From: Candidatus Falkowbacteria bacterium
GTDB lineage: Bacteria; Patescibacteriota; Patescibacteriia; Patescibacteriales; UBA12465
Reading direction: 5' to 3'
NCBI GenBank assembly: GCA_037132255.1
Contig: JBAXPN010000005.1
Coordinates: 1-54,914, forward strand
Length of the DNA stretch: 54,914 nt
In this document: piece by piece, positions 25,774 to 34,863 of the stretch
Layout of the letters: every line of letters begins with the position of its first letter
Numbering within the stretch: position 1 is the first letter of the stretch
Translations under genes and position numbers: made by a program
Notes under the pieces: model-generated
The model's input: only the letters and a program-made list of their open reading frames with translations
What the model was told of the DNA's origin: nothing
Database searches by the model: none

Positions 25774-28200
25774 TTATTTAAGCACAATATTTAATAATTT
25801 CCCGGGGACAAAAATTGTTTTAATAATCTCATGCCCCTCAAGCCATTTCTGGAGCGTTTCATTTTTTTTCACCAATTCAATAACTTCAACTTCCGAAATA
25901 TCAAATGGAACTAATAAATTAGCTCTTAATTTTCCATTAATTTGAATAACTAAATTTACGGTTTCGTCTTTAATTAATTTCTCATCATGAATAGGCCACG
26001 AACTCGCAAAAATACTTTTTTCATGTCCCATTTTTTCGAACATTTCTTCACTTAAGTGCGGTGCGAAAGGAGATAAAATTTGCAGAAATTTACCAAAGTC
26101 TCCAGCCGTTAGCGGTAAAGCGGAAATCTTATTTTTTACCTCATTAATATCGTTAACTAAAATCATGAGAGAAGAAACAGCGGTATTAAAGTAAAAATTT
26201 GTAATATCTTCGCCAACTTTTTTAATGGTTTTATGTAATTTGGATTTAATTTCTTTTACTTCTTGAAATTCTTTTATTTCTCCTAAGACCACCACCTTAT
26301 CTAAAAATTTACGTGCGCCAACAAGACCATTTGTGTTCCAAGCACAAGACTGTTCGAAAGGGCCCATAAACATTTCATAAACTCTCAAGGAGTCAGCGCC
26401 ATATTTCTTTACAATTTCGTCTGGATTTATAACATTACCCCAACGTTTACTCATTTTCCGACCATCTTCTCCCATAATGAGCCCAACATGTTTTAATTTA
26501 GTAAAGGGTTCCTCATAATTAACGGCGCCAATATCAAATAAAAACTTATGCCAAAAACGGGCATAGATTAAATGACGTGTCGCGTGTTCCGCGCCACCAA
26601 CATAGAAATCAACCGGTGACCAATATTTTTCCAGTTTTTTATCAACTAATTCTTTAGTATTTTTTGGGTCAATATAACGCAAATAATACCAACAAGACCC
26701 GGCCCATTGCGGCATTGTGTTAGTTTCTCTTTTGGCTGCGTCCCCACAATGCGGACATTTTACGTTAACCCAATCGCTAATCGCCGCGAGCGGAGATTCC
26801 CCGTTATCGCTAGGCTCATAACTTTCGACGTTTGGCAAAATGAGCGGTAATTCTTCTTCGGGAACCGGAACCACTCCACATTTTTCGCAATGGATAAGCG
26901 GTATCGGTTCTCCCCAATAACGCTGGCGAGAGAAAACCCAATCTTTAATTTTATAATTTACTTTCTTGGCACCGAGATTATTTTTTAACATCCAGGCAAT
27001 CATTTCTTTACGAGCTGCCGCTGAGCTTAGGCCAGTAAAATCACCTGAATTTAATAAAATACCCTCATCCGTAAACGCATATTTGCCTTCGAATTCAGCT
27101 TCTTTATTAGGAAATATAACCGCCTTAATTCTAAGACCATAAATATGAGCAAATTCAAAATCACGTTCATCATGCGCTGGGACAGCCATAACTGCACCCG
27201 TTCCATATGAATTTAGAACATAATCGGCAATAAAAACATCAACCTCCTCATTATTAAAAGGATTAATTGCCTTAATACCTTTAAGCGCAACGCCCGTCTT
27301 TTCCTTATTCAAATCAGTACGCTGCAAATCAGTTTTATTTTTATTTTCTTCAATATATTCATTAACTTCCGTCAAATTAGAAATACTATCTTTCAGTTCA
27401 AGTACTAAATCATTTTCCGGAGCAATGACGACGTAAGTGCAGCCGAAAATTGTATCAACGCGGGTTGTAAAAACTTTTATCTTTTTTTCGCTTCCCTTAA
27501 GGGCAAAGTCTATCTCTGCACCTTCGCTCCGTCCGATCCAATTGCGTTGCATCTCTTTAGTTGAATTCTCCCAATCAGGCAATTTTTCTAAATCATCAAG
27601 TAAGCGTTCAGCATAGTCAGTAATCCGTAATACCCATTGGCGGAGCGGCTTTTGAATAACTAGAGTTCCACAACGTTCGCAATGACCATCCTCTAAATCT
27701 TCGTTAGCCAAACCGGTCTTGCATGACGGACACCAATTTATCGGCTCATTAGACTCGTAGGCCAAGCCCTTTTTAAACATTTGCAAAAAGGTCCATTGTG
27801 TCCAACGATAATACTCCGGGTCGGTCGTGATTACTTCCCTATCCCAGTCATAGCAGAAACCAAGGATTGATAATTGTTCTTTATAAGTTTTAATATTATC
27901 ATTAGTCGCTTTTTGCGGTTGAATTTTATTTTTTATCGCATAATTTTCCGTCGGCAAACCAAAAGCGTCGAAGCCCATTGGGTGCAATACATTAAATCCT
28001 TGCATCATCTTAAAACGTGCAAAAATATCGGTAGCAATATAGCCCTTAGGATGGCCGACGTGCAGCCCCACACCGGACGGATAAGGAAACATGTCGAGGA
28101 TATAGTATTTTGGCTTTGACTGGTCAGTTTTGGTCTTATAAACCTCATCGCGAGACCATTTTTCACGCCATTTTTGTTCAATTTCTAAATGCTGATACAT
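25774..28200 (-). CDS. leuS: Leucyl-tRNA synthetase
   Basis: 808 aa. HIGH-type motif HVGHPKGY, KMSKS motif KMSKRWGN, zinc-binding Cys pairs, CP1 editing region. Confidence 0.95.
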   Translation of the reverse strand: MYQHLEIEQKWREKWSRDEVYKTKTDQSKPKYYILDMFPYPSGVGLHVGHPKGYIATDIFARFKMMQGFNVLHPMGFDAFGLPTENYAIKNKIQPQKATNDNIKTYKEQLSILGFCYDWDREVITTDPEYYRWTQWTFLQMFKKGLAYESNEPINWCPSCKTGLANEDLEDGHCERCGTLVIQKPLRQWVLRITDYAERLLDDLEKLPDWENSTKEMQRNWIGRSEGAEIDFALKGSEKKIKVFTTRVDTIFGCTYVVIAPENDLVLELKDSISNLTEVNEYIEENKNKTDLQRTDLNKEKTGVALKGIKAINPFNNEEVDVFIADYVLNSYGTGAVMAVPAHDERDFEFAHIYGLRIKAVIFPNKEAEFEGKYAFTDEGILLNSGDFTGLSSAAARKEMIAWMLKNNLGAKKVNYKIKDWVFSRQRYWGEPIPLIHCEKCGVVPVPEEELPLILPNVESYEPSDNGESPLAAISDWVNVKCPHCGDAAKRETNTMPQWAGSCWYYLRYIDPKNTKELVDKKLEKYWSPVDFYVGGAEHATRHLIYARFWHKFLFDIGAVNYEEPFTKLKHVGLIMGEDGRKMSKRWGNVINPDEIVKKYGADSLRVYEMFMGPFEQSCAWNTNGLVGARKFLDKVVVLGEIKEFQEVKEIKSKLHKTIKKVGEDITNFYFNTAVSSLMILVNDINEVKNKISALPLTAGDFGKFLQILSPFAPHLSEEMFEKMGHEKSIFASSWPIHDEKLIKDETVNLVIQINGKLRANLLVPFDISEVEVIELVKKNETLQKWLEGHEIIKTIFVPGKLLNIVLK

Positions 28201-28204
28201 ATAA

Positions 28205-28978
28205 TTATTTTTCGTCTAATTCTAGCCCAATTGGAGCATGGTCAGAACCAGTGATTTTATCTAAAATATAGGCTTTTTTTAATGTTTTCTTAAGTTTATC
28301 GGATACACAGAAATAGTCAATCCGCCAACCAACATTCCTAGCTCTCGCTCCCGCCCGAAAACTCCACCATGAATATTGAATTTTATCACCATTTAGAAGG
28401 CGGAAAGTATCAATGAACCCGGCTTTAAGAAAAGATTTAAACCAACCACGTTCTTCTTTGGTATAGCCGGCGCTTCCTTCATTTTCCTTGGGACGAGCCA
28501 AATCAATTGCTTCATGAGCAACATTATAATCACCCGTAATAACTACCGGCTTAGTTTTTTCTAATTTTTTTAAATATTTAAGCAATGCTTGATTAAATTC
28601 TATCTTATAGTTTAGGCGTGATAGTTCACTATTAGAGTTGGGAAAATAAACATTTACTAAATAATATTTTTTTAGCTCTAGCGTCTGGATTCTACCCTCA
28701 TCATCAAAGCGCTCAATCCCAATTCCATTTTTCTCACTCAAGGCGCCTTTAAAATTATCCTTGATTAGCATGGCCGTGCCGCTATAGCCGGGTCGCCTCG
28801 CTGAATTCCAATATTCGCGGTAACCAAGAAAATCAAATTCGGTTTCAAGCCGGCTTATTTCAGAAATTTTAACCTCCTGGACACAAAGAATATCCGGAGC
28901 CTCTTCACGTAAAAAAGCGGCCAATCCTTTCTTGGCCACCGCCCTAATTCCATTAACATTCCATGAGATTATTTTCAT
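28205..28978 (-). CDS. xth: Exodeoxyribonuclease III (AP endonuclease)
   Basis: 257 aa. ISWNVNGIRA, CVQEVK, GDYNVAH, SDHAP motifs. Confidence 0.9.
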   Translation of the reverse strand: MKIISWNVNGIRAVAKKGLAAFLREEAPDILCVQEVKISEISRLETEFDFLGYREYWNSARRPGYSGTAMLIKDNFKGALSEKNGIGIERFDDEGRIQTLELKKYYLVNVYFPNSNSELSRLNYKIEFNQALLKYLKKLEKTKPVVITGDYNVAHEAIDLARPKENEGSAGYTKEERGWFKSFLKAGFIDTFRLLNGDKIQYSWWSFRAGARARNVGWRIDYFCVSDKLKKTLKKAYILDKITGSDHAPIGLELDEK

Positions 28979-29030
28979 AAATTATGTTATACTAAAATTA
29001 TACTTTAAGTGAGCATATTTTTCAATTTAT

Positions 29031-29780
29031 ATGAGCTTAGAAGATAGAGTTAAATTCGCCGAAATGAAAGCGCGCCACGAAAAAAAACTTCGCCCTTGGT
29101 ATAAAAAATGGTGGGGTGTTTTTATTATATTAATTATTGGTCTGATACTAATCGCTTTAGTTAGTTCTGGCTTCTATATTTATAATGAAATTAAAAGAAT
29201 AAATGAGGAAGACGCGCAGAATTATATCAAAGACCAACACCAGGCATATTTAGATTTAATTAGTGGTCCAGGCGGTTATACAATCGGGACACTAACACCA
29301 AAAATAACTGTTGTTGAATTCACTGACTTTGCCTGCCCGTACTGTAAGCAATCTGCTCCAGAAATTCGAAAACTAATGGAAGAATATAAAGATACGGTAA
29401 AATTAGTTATTCGCGATTATCCGATTCATGATAATTCGATTGATCTGGCCATTGCCGCGCGCTGTGCCGGTGAACAAGGAAAATACTGGGAAGCTTACGA
29501 TTCACTCTTCACGAATCAAGATAATCTAATTGGCACCTCTACCATCCAAAATGATATATTATCTTGGGGCGAGTTTCTGAAACTTGATTCCGCTCGATTC
29601 AAAACTTGTATAACTGACAAACGCTATATCGATCTAGTAAAACGTGACTACGATGATGGTAATAAATTAAAAATTCAAGGTACGCCGACTTGGTTCGTTA
29701 ATAATTATCCAATTACCGGATACTATTCGGCCGAAAGATTTAAAGAATTATTCGATGGAATACTCCAACAAATTAAATAA
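29031..29780 (+). CDS. Membrane-anchored DsbA-like thiol:disulfide oxidoreductase
   Basis: 249 aa. N-terminal TM WGVFIILIIGLILIALVSSGFYIY. Thioredoxin-fold CxxC FTDFACPYCKQ. Conserved ..GTPTWFVN. Confidence 0.8.
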   Translation: MSLEDRVKFAEMKARHEKKLRPWYKKWWGVFIILIIGLILIALVSSGFYIYNEIKRINEEDAQNYIKDQHQAYLDLISGPGGYTIGTLTPKITVVEFTDFACPYCKQSAPEIRKLMEEYKDTVKLVIRDYPIHDNSIDLAIAARCAGEQGKYWEAYDSLFTNQDNLIGTSTIQNDILSWGEFLKLDSARFKTCITDKRYIDLVKRDYDDGNKLKIQGTPTWFVNNYPITGYYSAERFKELFDGILQQIK

Positions 29781-29781
29781 T

Positions 29782-30330
29782 ATGGAACAAATAAGAGTTC
29801 ATGGTCGCGGCGGACAAGGTGTCGTAACCGCCGCTGAATTAATTGCGCTCGCTGCTTTTTACGAGGGATATGAATCTCAAGCCTTTCCTAGTTTTGGTGT
29901 CGAAAGAACCGGCGCACCGATTCAATCATTCGCCCGTATCAGCAAAAAACCGATTATCACCCGCGAACAAATCTACGAACCAACAATCTTAATCATTCAA
30001 GATGCAACCCTGCTTGATTCTGTTGATGTTTTTTCTGGTTGCACAAAAGACACAATTATAATTATTAATTCCGCAGAAAATCGCTGGCCAAAACTGACCG
30101 CTAAATATAAAAAACTTTATTTTACCGCTGCGACTGAAATCGCTCTCGAAATATTTGGTAAAAATATTGTTAATACCGTTATTCTTGGCGCTTTCGCCAA
30201 GCATACAAATTTAGTCGGTCTTGAATCCTTAAAAAAGGCCATTGCCACCAAATTTAAAGATAAAGGCGAGGATATGATTAAGAAAAATATCCAAGCTATC
30301 ACCAAAGATTATGAAAACGCCAAAAATTAA
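29782..30330 (+). CDS. porC: Pyruvate/2-oxoacid:ferredoxin oxidoreductase, gamma subunit
   Basis: MEQIRVHGRGGQGVVTAAELIA.. is the typical gamma N-terminus. ATG 29782 follows the dsbA-like stop, whereas the track start 29755 overlaps it. Confidence 0.85.
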   Translation: MEQIRVHGRGGQGVVTAAELIALAAFYEGYESQAFPSFGVERTGAPIQSFARISKKPIITREQIYEPTILIIQDATLLDSVDVFSGCTKDTIIIINSAENRWPKLTAKYKKLYFTAATEIALEIFGKNIVNTVILGAFAKHTNLVGLESLKKAIATKFKDKGEDMIKKNIQAITKDYENAKN

Positions 30331-30586
30331 TTTAATAACAAAAGCAAATACTACTCTTAATAACAAAACCGGCCCTTGGCGTACCCAAAAACCGGTAACT
30401 GATTATAATACATGTATTAGTTGCTCAACCTGCGCAAAAATTTGTCCCGAGGCCTGCATTGAAATGGAACAAATAAAAAATTATCCGAAATTAAAACCCG
30501 TAACCGATTATGACTACTGCAAAGGCTGTGCTTTATGTGTTCATGAATGTCCGGTTAAAGCAATTAAAATGGTAGATGACTACTAA
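30311..30586 (+). CDS. porD: Pyruvate/2-oxoacid:ferredoxin oxidoreductase, delta subunit (2x[4Fe-4S] ferredoxin)
   Basis: 91 aa. CISCSTCAKICP and CKGCALCVHECP cluster motifs. Confidence 0.88.
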   Translation: MKTPKINLITKANTTLNNKTGPWRTQKPVTDYNTCISCSTCAKICPEACIEMEQIKNYPKLKPVTDYDYCKGCALCVHECPVKAIKMVDDY

Positions 30587-30587
30587 T

Positions 30588-31736
30588 ATGGAAAATAAAA
30601 AACAAATCTTAGAGGGATCACAAGCGATTGCCGCTGTCGTTAATAATATTAATCCAGCAGTAATTTCAGCGTATCCAATAACCCCCCAAACTCATATCGT
30701 TGAAAAACTCGCCAAGCTAAAAGCAAACGGTGAGGCAAATTATGAGTATGTCCGTGCCGAAAGTGAATTCGCCGCCGCTTCTATAATACTGGGCGCCAGT
30801 GCAACCGGAGTCCGCGTTTATAGCGCCACCAGTTCTCAAGGTCTTCTTTTAATGTCCGAGGTTGTTTTTAACATCGCCGGCATGAGACTGCCGATTGTTA
30901 TGACTTGTGCTAATCGCGCCGTATCTGCCCCAATTAATATCTGGAATGACCAAAGCGATGTTATGGCAATTCGCGACGCCGGCTGGATTCATTTATTCGC
31001 TGAAAATAACCAAGAAGCAGTAGACCTTCATATTCTGGCTTATAAAATTGCCGAGAAATTAAAATTACCAGTCATGGTTAATGTTGACGGTTTTATTTTG
31101 ACCCACGCCTTTGAACCCGTTATTATTCCGGACGCTAAAACAATTAAAAAATATTTACCTGAATATAAGCCGGCCACAGGAACTTATCTTGATCCTAGTA
31201 ACCCAGTAACTCTCGGCGCTTTTTTTACGCCGGCCCATTATTTCGAAACTCGCGTTGATCTCCATAATGATTTAATCGATAGTCTAAAAGTAATAAAAAA
31301 AGAATATAAGAATTTGCTTAGCGTTCTTGGACGAAAAAATCGCGATAACGGCCTAGTCGAATATTTTGGTCCGAAGAATCCAGAAACAATTTTAGTAGCT
31401 CTCGGCTCAGTTATTGGCACGATTAGGGAAACAGTAAAAGATGATAATAAAATTGGAGTATTAAAAATAAAAACTTATCGACCTTTTCCGGCAGACGAAG
31501 TAAATAAGATTCTGCTTAAAGCAAAAAATATTGCCGTGATTGAAAAAGCGATAAGTCTCGGCCAAGCTGGACCGCTATATTCTGATATCAAAGCCGGCCT
31601 CCCGATTAATAAGCTAAATATTAGTAACTATATTGTTGGTCTCGGTGGTCGCGATGTAACCCAAAAAATGATCAAAACTATTATTAGTAATGCTAAAGCA
31701 CATAATAATAAAACAAAATTTATTGGGAAAATATGA
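30588..31736 (+). CDS. porA: Pyruvate/2-oxoacid:ferredoxin oxidoreductase, alpha subunit
   Basis: About 382 aa. GSQAIAAVV..AYPITPQT N-terminus is typical of PorA. Ends in TGA, overlapping the next ATG (ATGA). Confidence 0.88.
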   Translation: MENKKQILEGSQAIAAVVNNINPAVISAYPITPQTHIVEKLAKLKANGEANYEYVRAESEFAAASIILGASATGVRVYSATSSQGLLLMSEVVFNIAGMRLPIVMTCANRAVSAPINIWNDQSDVMAIRDAGWIHLFAENNQEAVDLHILAYKIAEKLKLPVMVNVDGFILTHAFEPVIIPDAKTIKKYLPEYKPATGTYLDPSNPVTLGAFFTPAHYFETRVDLHNDLIDSLKVIKKEYKNLLSVLGRKNRDNGLVEYFGPKNPETILVALGSVIGTIRETVKDDNKIGVLKIKTYRPFPADEVNKILLKAKNIAVIEKAISLGQAGPLYSDIKAGLPINKLNISNYIVGLGGRDVTQKMIKTIISNAKAHNNKTKFIGKI

Positions 31737-32839
31737 GAAACTTAAAAAGCAATCGAGCTAAGTTTATAATCAGTCTATTTTCGGCTATTCAGATACTCAG
31801 CGCTATCTTAATTTTATCCCGCCCGCTTCCGGCCGCCGCACAAACAGAGTTCCCTTCTCTAAACTTTAAGCCCCAAGTAAATATTCCGAATTCAGAATTT
31901 ATGAATGCGACGTCAGCGGTCGGACGCTACGACTCCGCTACCGGAAAAATGAATAGCACTTTACTCGCTCGTTATATTAAAGCTTTTTATGATTACGGGA
32001 TAACTATTGCCGGAATACTCGCGACGATTGTTTTAATGGCGGGCGGTGTCGTTTGGTTAGTATCTGGCGGCGACTCTGGTAAGATTGGCCAAGCGAAAGA
32101 ACTTATTACTGGTAGTATTGTTGGTATGCTAATTTTAGTCTGCGCTTGGATTATTTTAAATACGGTAAATCCTAATTTAGTTAAATTAGAAGCAATTAAA
32201 ACAACGGTGATCAAAAAGGTTGCTACTTGTTGTGATCCGACCAAAGGCGGAGTCCTAATGGATAAAGAAGGAAATTGCACGAGCGGCTCGAAATGCCAGG
32301 GATCAGAAAAATGCGAACCAGATATGAATAAAACGCCTACCACCTACTCCTGTGTCGATAGAAATAAATATGCCTGTTGTCAGTTTGGCAAATTTCAAGG
32401 TGAACAAAAAACATTTTGCTTATTAGTTGATAAAATTAATGGCAAAGCAAACACGGCAAAATGTGATGCAAAATATGCCGCCCTTGTTGCAAGTGATCCT
32501 AATTGGACTTCTAACGGCGCGCCTTATACAGCCTACGACACTAGTTGTCTTCGGTTAGGCCAAATTGATGGCTATATGGGCATTTATTGCACTACTTCGA
32601 ATCTCTGCCCAGATACTTATGAAGACGGGAGGGGTTGCTCTGATATGCTGGCTGATCATTGGTGCTATAGAAATACATGCGTAGTCGGCCCCGGCAAAGC
32701 CGTTAATGATCCTTGTGGCAACGACAAGGGGCGCTGTCTAAAAGTTACCGACAACTCTTGTCCGGGGAAAGAAAAACATGATACTGGAGCGCGAGAATGT
32801 GATGAAGCCCTTAACTTACGCTGCTGTACAACTTATTAA
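31733..32839 (+). CDS. Secreted membrane protein: signal peptide, T4SS-pilin-like two-helix module, then an approximately 200-aa Cys-rich C-terminal domain
   Basis: 368 aa. Signal peptide ending AAAQ. The module YIKAFYDYGITIAGILATIVLMAGGVVWLVSGGDSGKIGQAKELITGSIVGMLILVCAWIILNTVNPNLV matches my memory of the CPR T4SS_pilin family. About 27 Cys follow it. Confidence 0.65.
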   Translation: MRNLKSNRAKFIISLFSAIQILSAILILSRPLPAAAQTEFPSLNFKPQVNIPNSEFMNATSAVGRYDSATGKMNSTLLARYIKAFYDYGITIAGILATIVLMAGGVVWLVSGGDSGKIGQAKELITGSIVGMLILVCAWIILNTVNPNLVKLEAIKTTVIKKVATCCDPTKGGVLMDKEGNCTSGSKCQGSEKCEPDMNKTPTTYSCVDRNKYACCQFGKFQGEQKTFCLLVDKINGKANTAKCDAKYAALVASDPNWTSNGAPYTAYDTSCLRLGQIDGYMGIYCTTSNLCPDTYEDGRGCSDMLADHWCYRNTCVVGPGKAVNDPCGNDKGRCLKVTDNSCPGKEKHDTGARECDEALNLRCCTTY

Positions 32840-32846
32840 TCAATTT

Positions 32847-33722
32847 ATGCAAAATACTAAAAAACAAAAATTCCTTTCCCCTGGACATAACGCCTGCGCT
32901 GGTTGCGGACAACTCGTGGCCGCTCAAGCGGTAATGAGGGGACTAAATAAAAATGTAATTATTGCAAATGCGACTGGTTGTTTAGAGGTAACGACTACTG
33001 CCTATCCGCAAAGTTCTTGGGGTCTCCCTTGGATTCATTCCCTATTTGAAAATGCTTCTGCACTCGCATCTGGAATTAGAGCAGCTCTCGATAAAAAAAA
33101 TGACACAATTACTAAAGTTGTTGTTCAGGCTGGCGACGGCGGAACTTACGATATTGGTCTCGGCCTTATTAGTGGTATGTGGGAACGAGGCGAAAATATA
33201 TTATATATTTGCTATGACACCGAAGCCTATTCTAACACCGGAATTCAAGCATCGGGCGCAACTCCTTATGGCGCCGATACCACTACTTCGCCGCAGGGCC
33301 TAAAATCAATTGGCTCAACACAAAGAAAAAAAGATATGATCGCCCTCGCCTTAGCGCATGGCCTTAAATATGCCGCTCAAGCAAGTGCCGGTTTCCCGGA
33401 CGACATCACCAATAAAGTAAAAAAGGCTTTAGAAATAAATGGTCCAGGCTATATTCAAATTCTTTCCCCTTGTGTACCAGGCTGGAGAATTAATAACGAC
33501 GAAGGAGTAATGATGGGAAAACTCGCGGTATCAACTGGACTCTTCCCTCTTCTTGAATATACTGATGGTAAGTTAAGCGCCTCAAGTATTAATGCTAATT
33601 TTATCGCCAAGCCGGTTGAGGAATATCTAAAGGGCCAAGGACGTTTTAAACACTTAAAACCGGAAGAAATTATTGCGATTCAAAAATTAGCTGACGAAAA
33701 TATTAGAAAGTATAAAATATAA
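32847..33722 (+). CDS. porB: Pyruvate/2-oxoacid:ferredoxin oxidoreductase, beta subunit (TPP-binding)
   Basis: SPGHNACAGCG N-terminal motif, GDGGTYDIG TPP motif. ATG 32847 lies 8 nt after the preceding stop, whereas the track start 32778 overlaps. Confidence 0.88.
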   Translation: MQNTKKQKFLSPGHNACAGCGQLVAAQAVMRGLNKNVIIANATGCLEVTTTAYPQSSWGLPWIHSLFENASALASGIRAALDKKNDTITKVVVQAGDGGTYDIGLGLISGMWERGENILYICYDTEAYSNTGIQASGATPYGADTTTSPQGLKSIGSTQRKKDMIALALAHGLKYAAQASAGFPDDITNKVKKALEINGPGYIQILSPCVPGWRINNDEGVMMGKLAVSTGLFPLLEYTDGKLSASSINANFIAKPVEEYLKGQGRFKHLKPEEIIAIQKLADENIRKYKI

Positions 33723-33730
33723 AAGATAGT

Positions 33731-34861
33731 ATGAAAAAATTTTTCTATGCTCTAAGTTTATTTGGAATATTTTTTATTTTTTCGACTCCGGTTTTAGCGG
33801 CTTGTAGTTGGGAGACTGAACTGACAACAAGCACTTCGGCTGGACCAGGCATGACGCCGGTTGTGACTGTGTCAGGCGGCTGTAAAGCTAAGAGCTTAAT
33901 TAAAGATAGTGATAGCAAGTGCACAGCTACAAAGCCTGTTTTTAGTACAAATTCAGGAAAAACGTCAGTTTGTTGCTGCACTGAGGTTTTGGTGGCGAGC
34001 GCTGACAGCGCTCCATTACTAAAAGCTCCAGATTTTCTTGTATCTATTCCGGGAATGAAAGCTTTAAGCACAGTAAATTGCGAACCAGGATCTAATGGCG
34101 GATATTTTTGCGAAATACCTTGGCTTGGAGAATATGTTGTTGGCCTGTATAGCTACGCTCTAAGTATTGCCGGGATACTCGCCGCTATAATGCTTATGGC
34201 TGGAGGTCTTATCTGGTTAATTTCTGCCGGTGATGCCTCAAAAATCACACAAGCCAAAGAAATAATTATTGGCAGTATAACAGGATTAATAATCCTAGCA
34301 GCTTCTTTTATTATTTTACTACAAATAAACCCTGACTTAATAAAAATGAAATCTATTGCCGTTAACGGCATAAAAAAACTTGTTTTATATGATGCAGATG
34401 TCACCGTTATTGGCGGAGAAAATCCTTATGGAGATGCCTGCGGGGCTGCTAAAAAAGGAGATTTTTCAATTTGCCGAGCTCTCGGCAATTCCCAACCAAG
34501 TACTTTAGTTTCTCTTGAAAATGAACAAGCGGACTCTGCAGTGGCTAAAAAATATTTAGCGGCGATGGAATGCGTAAAAGAAAAAAACGGTAAATATTTA
34601 TTTGCCGTAAATGAAGGTTGGCGATCTGCCGCAACTCAATTACAATACTATTCAAGCGGAAAAGCGGCGGCTACTCCATGTTGTTCAAACCACGGATCAG
34701 GAAAATCCTTGGACCTAAAAAGACTTGATAGTGCAGAAATGTCATGGACAAATAATGTTAATACTGGGCTAACGGCCTGTATGAATACTCAAGGCCTATA
34801 CGCTAATCTTAGTAGCAGAGCTTATAATGAGCCTTGGCATTGGTCTTTAACGGGCAAATAA
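33731..34861 (+). CDS. Secreted or lipoprotein fusion: Cys-containing N-domain, T4SS-pilin-like two-helix module, then a peptidase M15 (VanY/D-Ala-D-Ala carboxypeptidase-like) domain
   Basis: 376 aa. Signal peptide with lipobox-like LAAC. The module YVVGLYSYALSIAGILAAIMLMAGGLIWLISAGDASKITQAKEIIIGSITGLIILAASFIILLQINPDLI is paralogous to 31733-32839. C-terminal EGWRSAATQ, SNHGSGKSLDL and NEPWHW are the M15 zinc-ligand motifs. Confidence 0.7.
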   Translation: MKKFFYALSLFGIFFIFSTPVLAACSWETELTTSTSAGPGMTPVVTVSGGCKAKSLIKDSDSKCTATKPVFSTNSGKTSVCCCTEVLVASADSAPLLKAPDFLVSIPGMKALSTVNCEPGSNGGYFCEIPWLGEYVVGLYSYALSIAGILAAIMLMAGGLIWLISAGDASKITQAKEIIIGSITGLIILAASFIILLQINPDLIKMKSIAVNGIKKLVLYDADVTVIGGENPYGDACGAAKKGDFSICRALGNSQPSTLVSLENEQADSAVAKKYLAAMECVKEKNGKYLFAVNEGWRSAATQLQYYSSGKAAATPCCSNHGSGKSLDLKRLDSAEMSWTNNVNTGLTACMNTQGLYANLSSRAYNEPWHWSLTGK

Positions 34862-34863
34862 AA

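Noticed and set aside
31734-31736. Alternative genetic code (UGA read as Gly or Trp, as in some CPR lineages).
   Set aside because: TGA terminates porA at the expected length. All long housekeeping ORFs (rpoB, rpoC, leuS, lepA) are intact and of normal size under the standard code.
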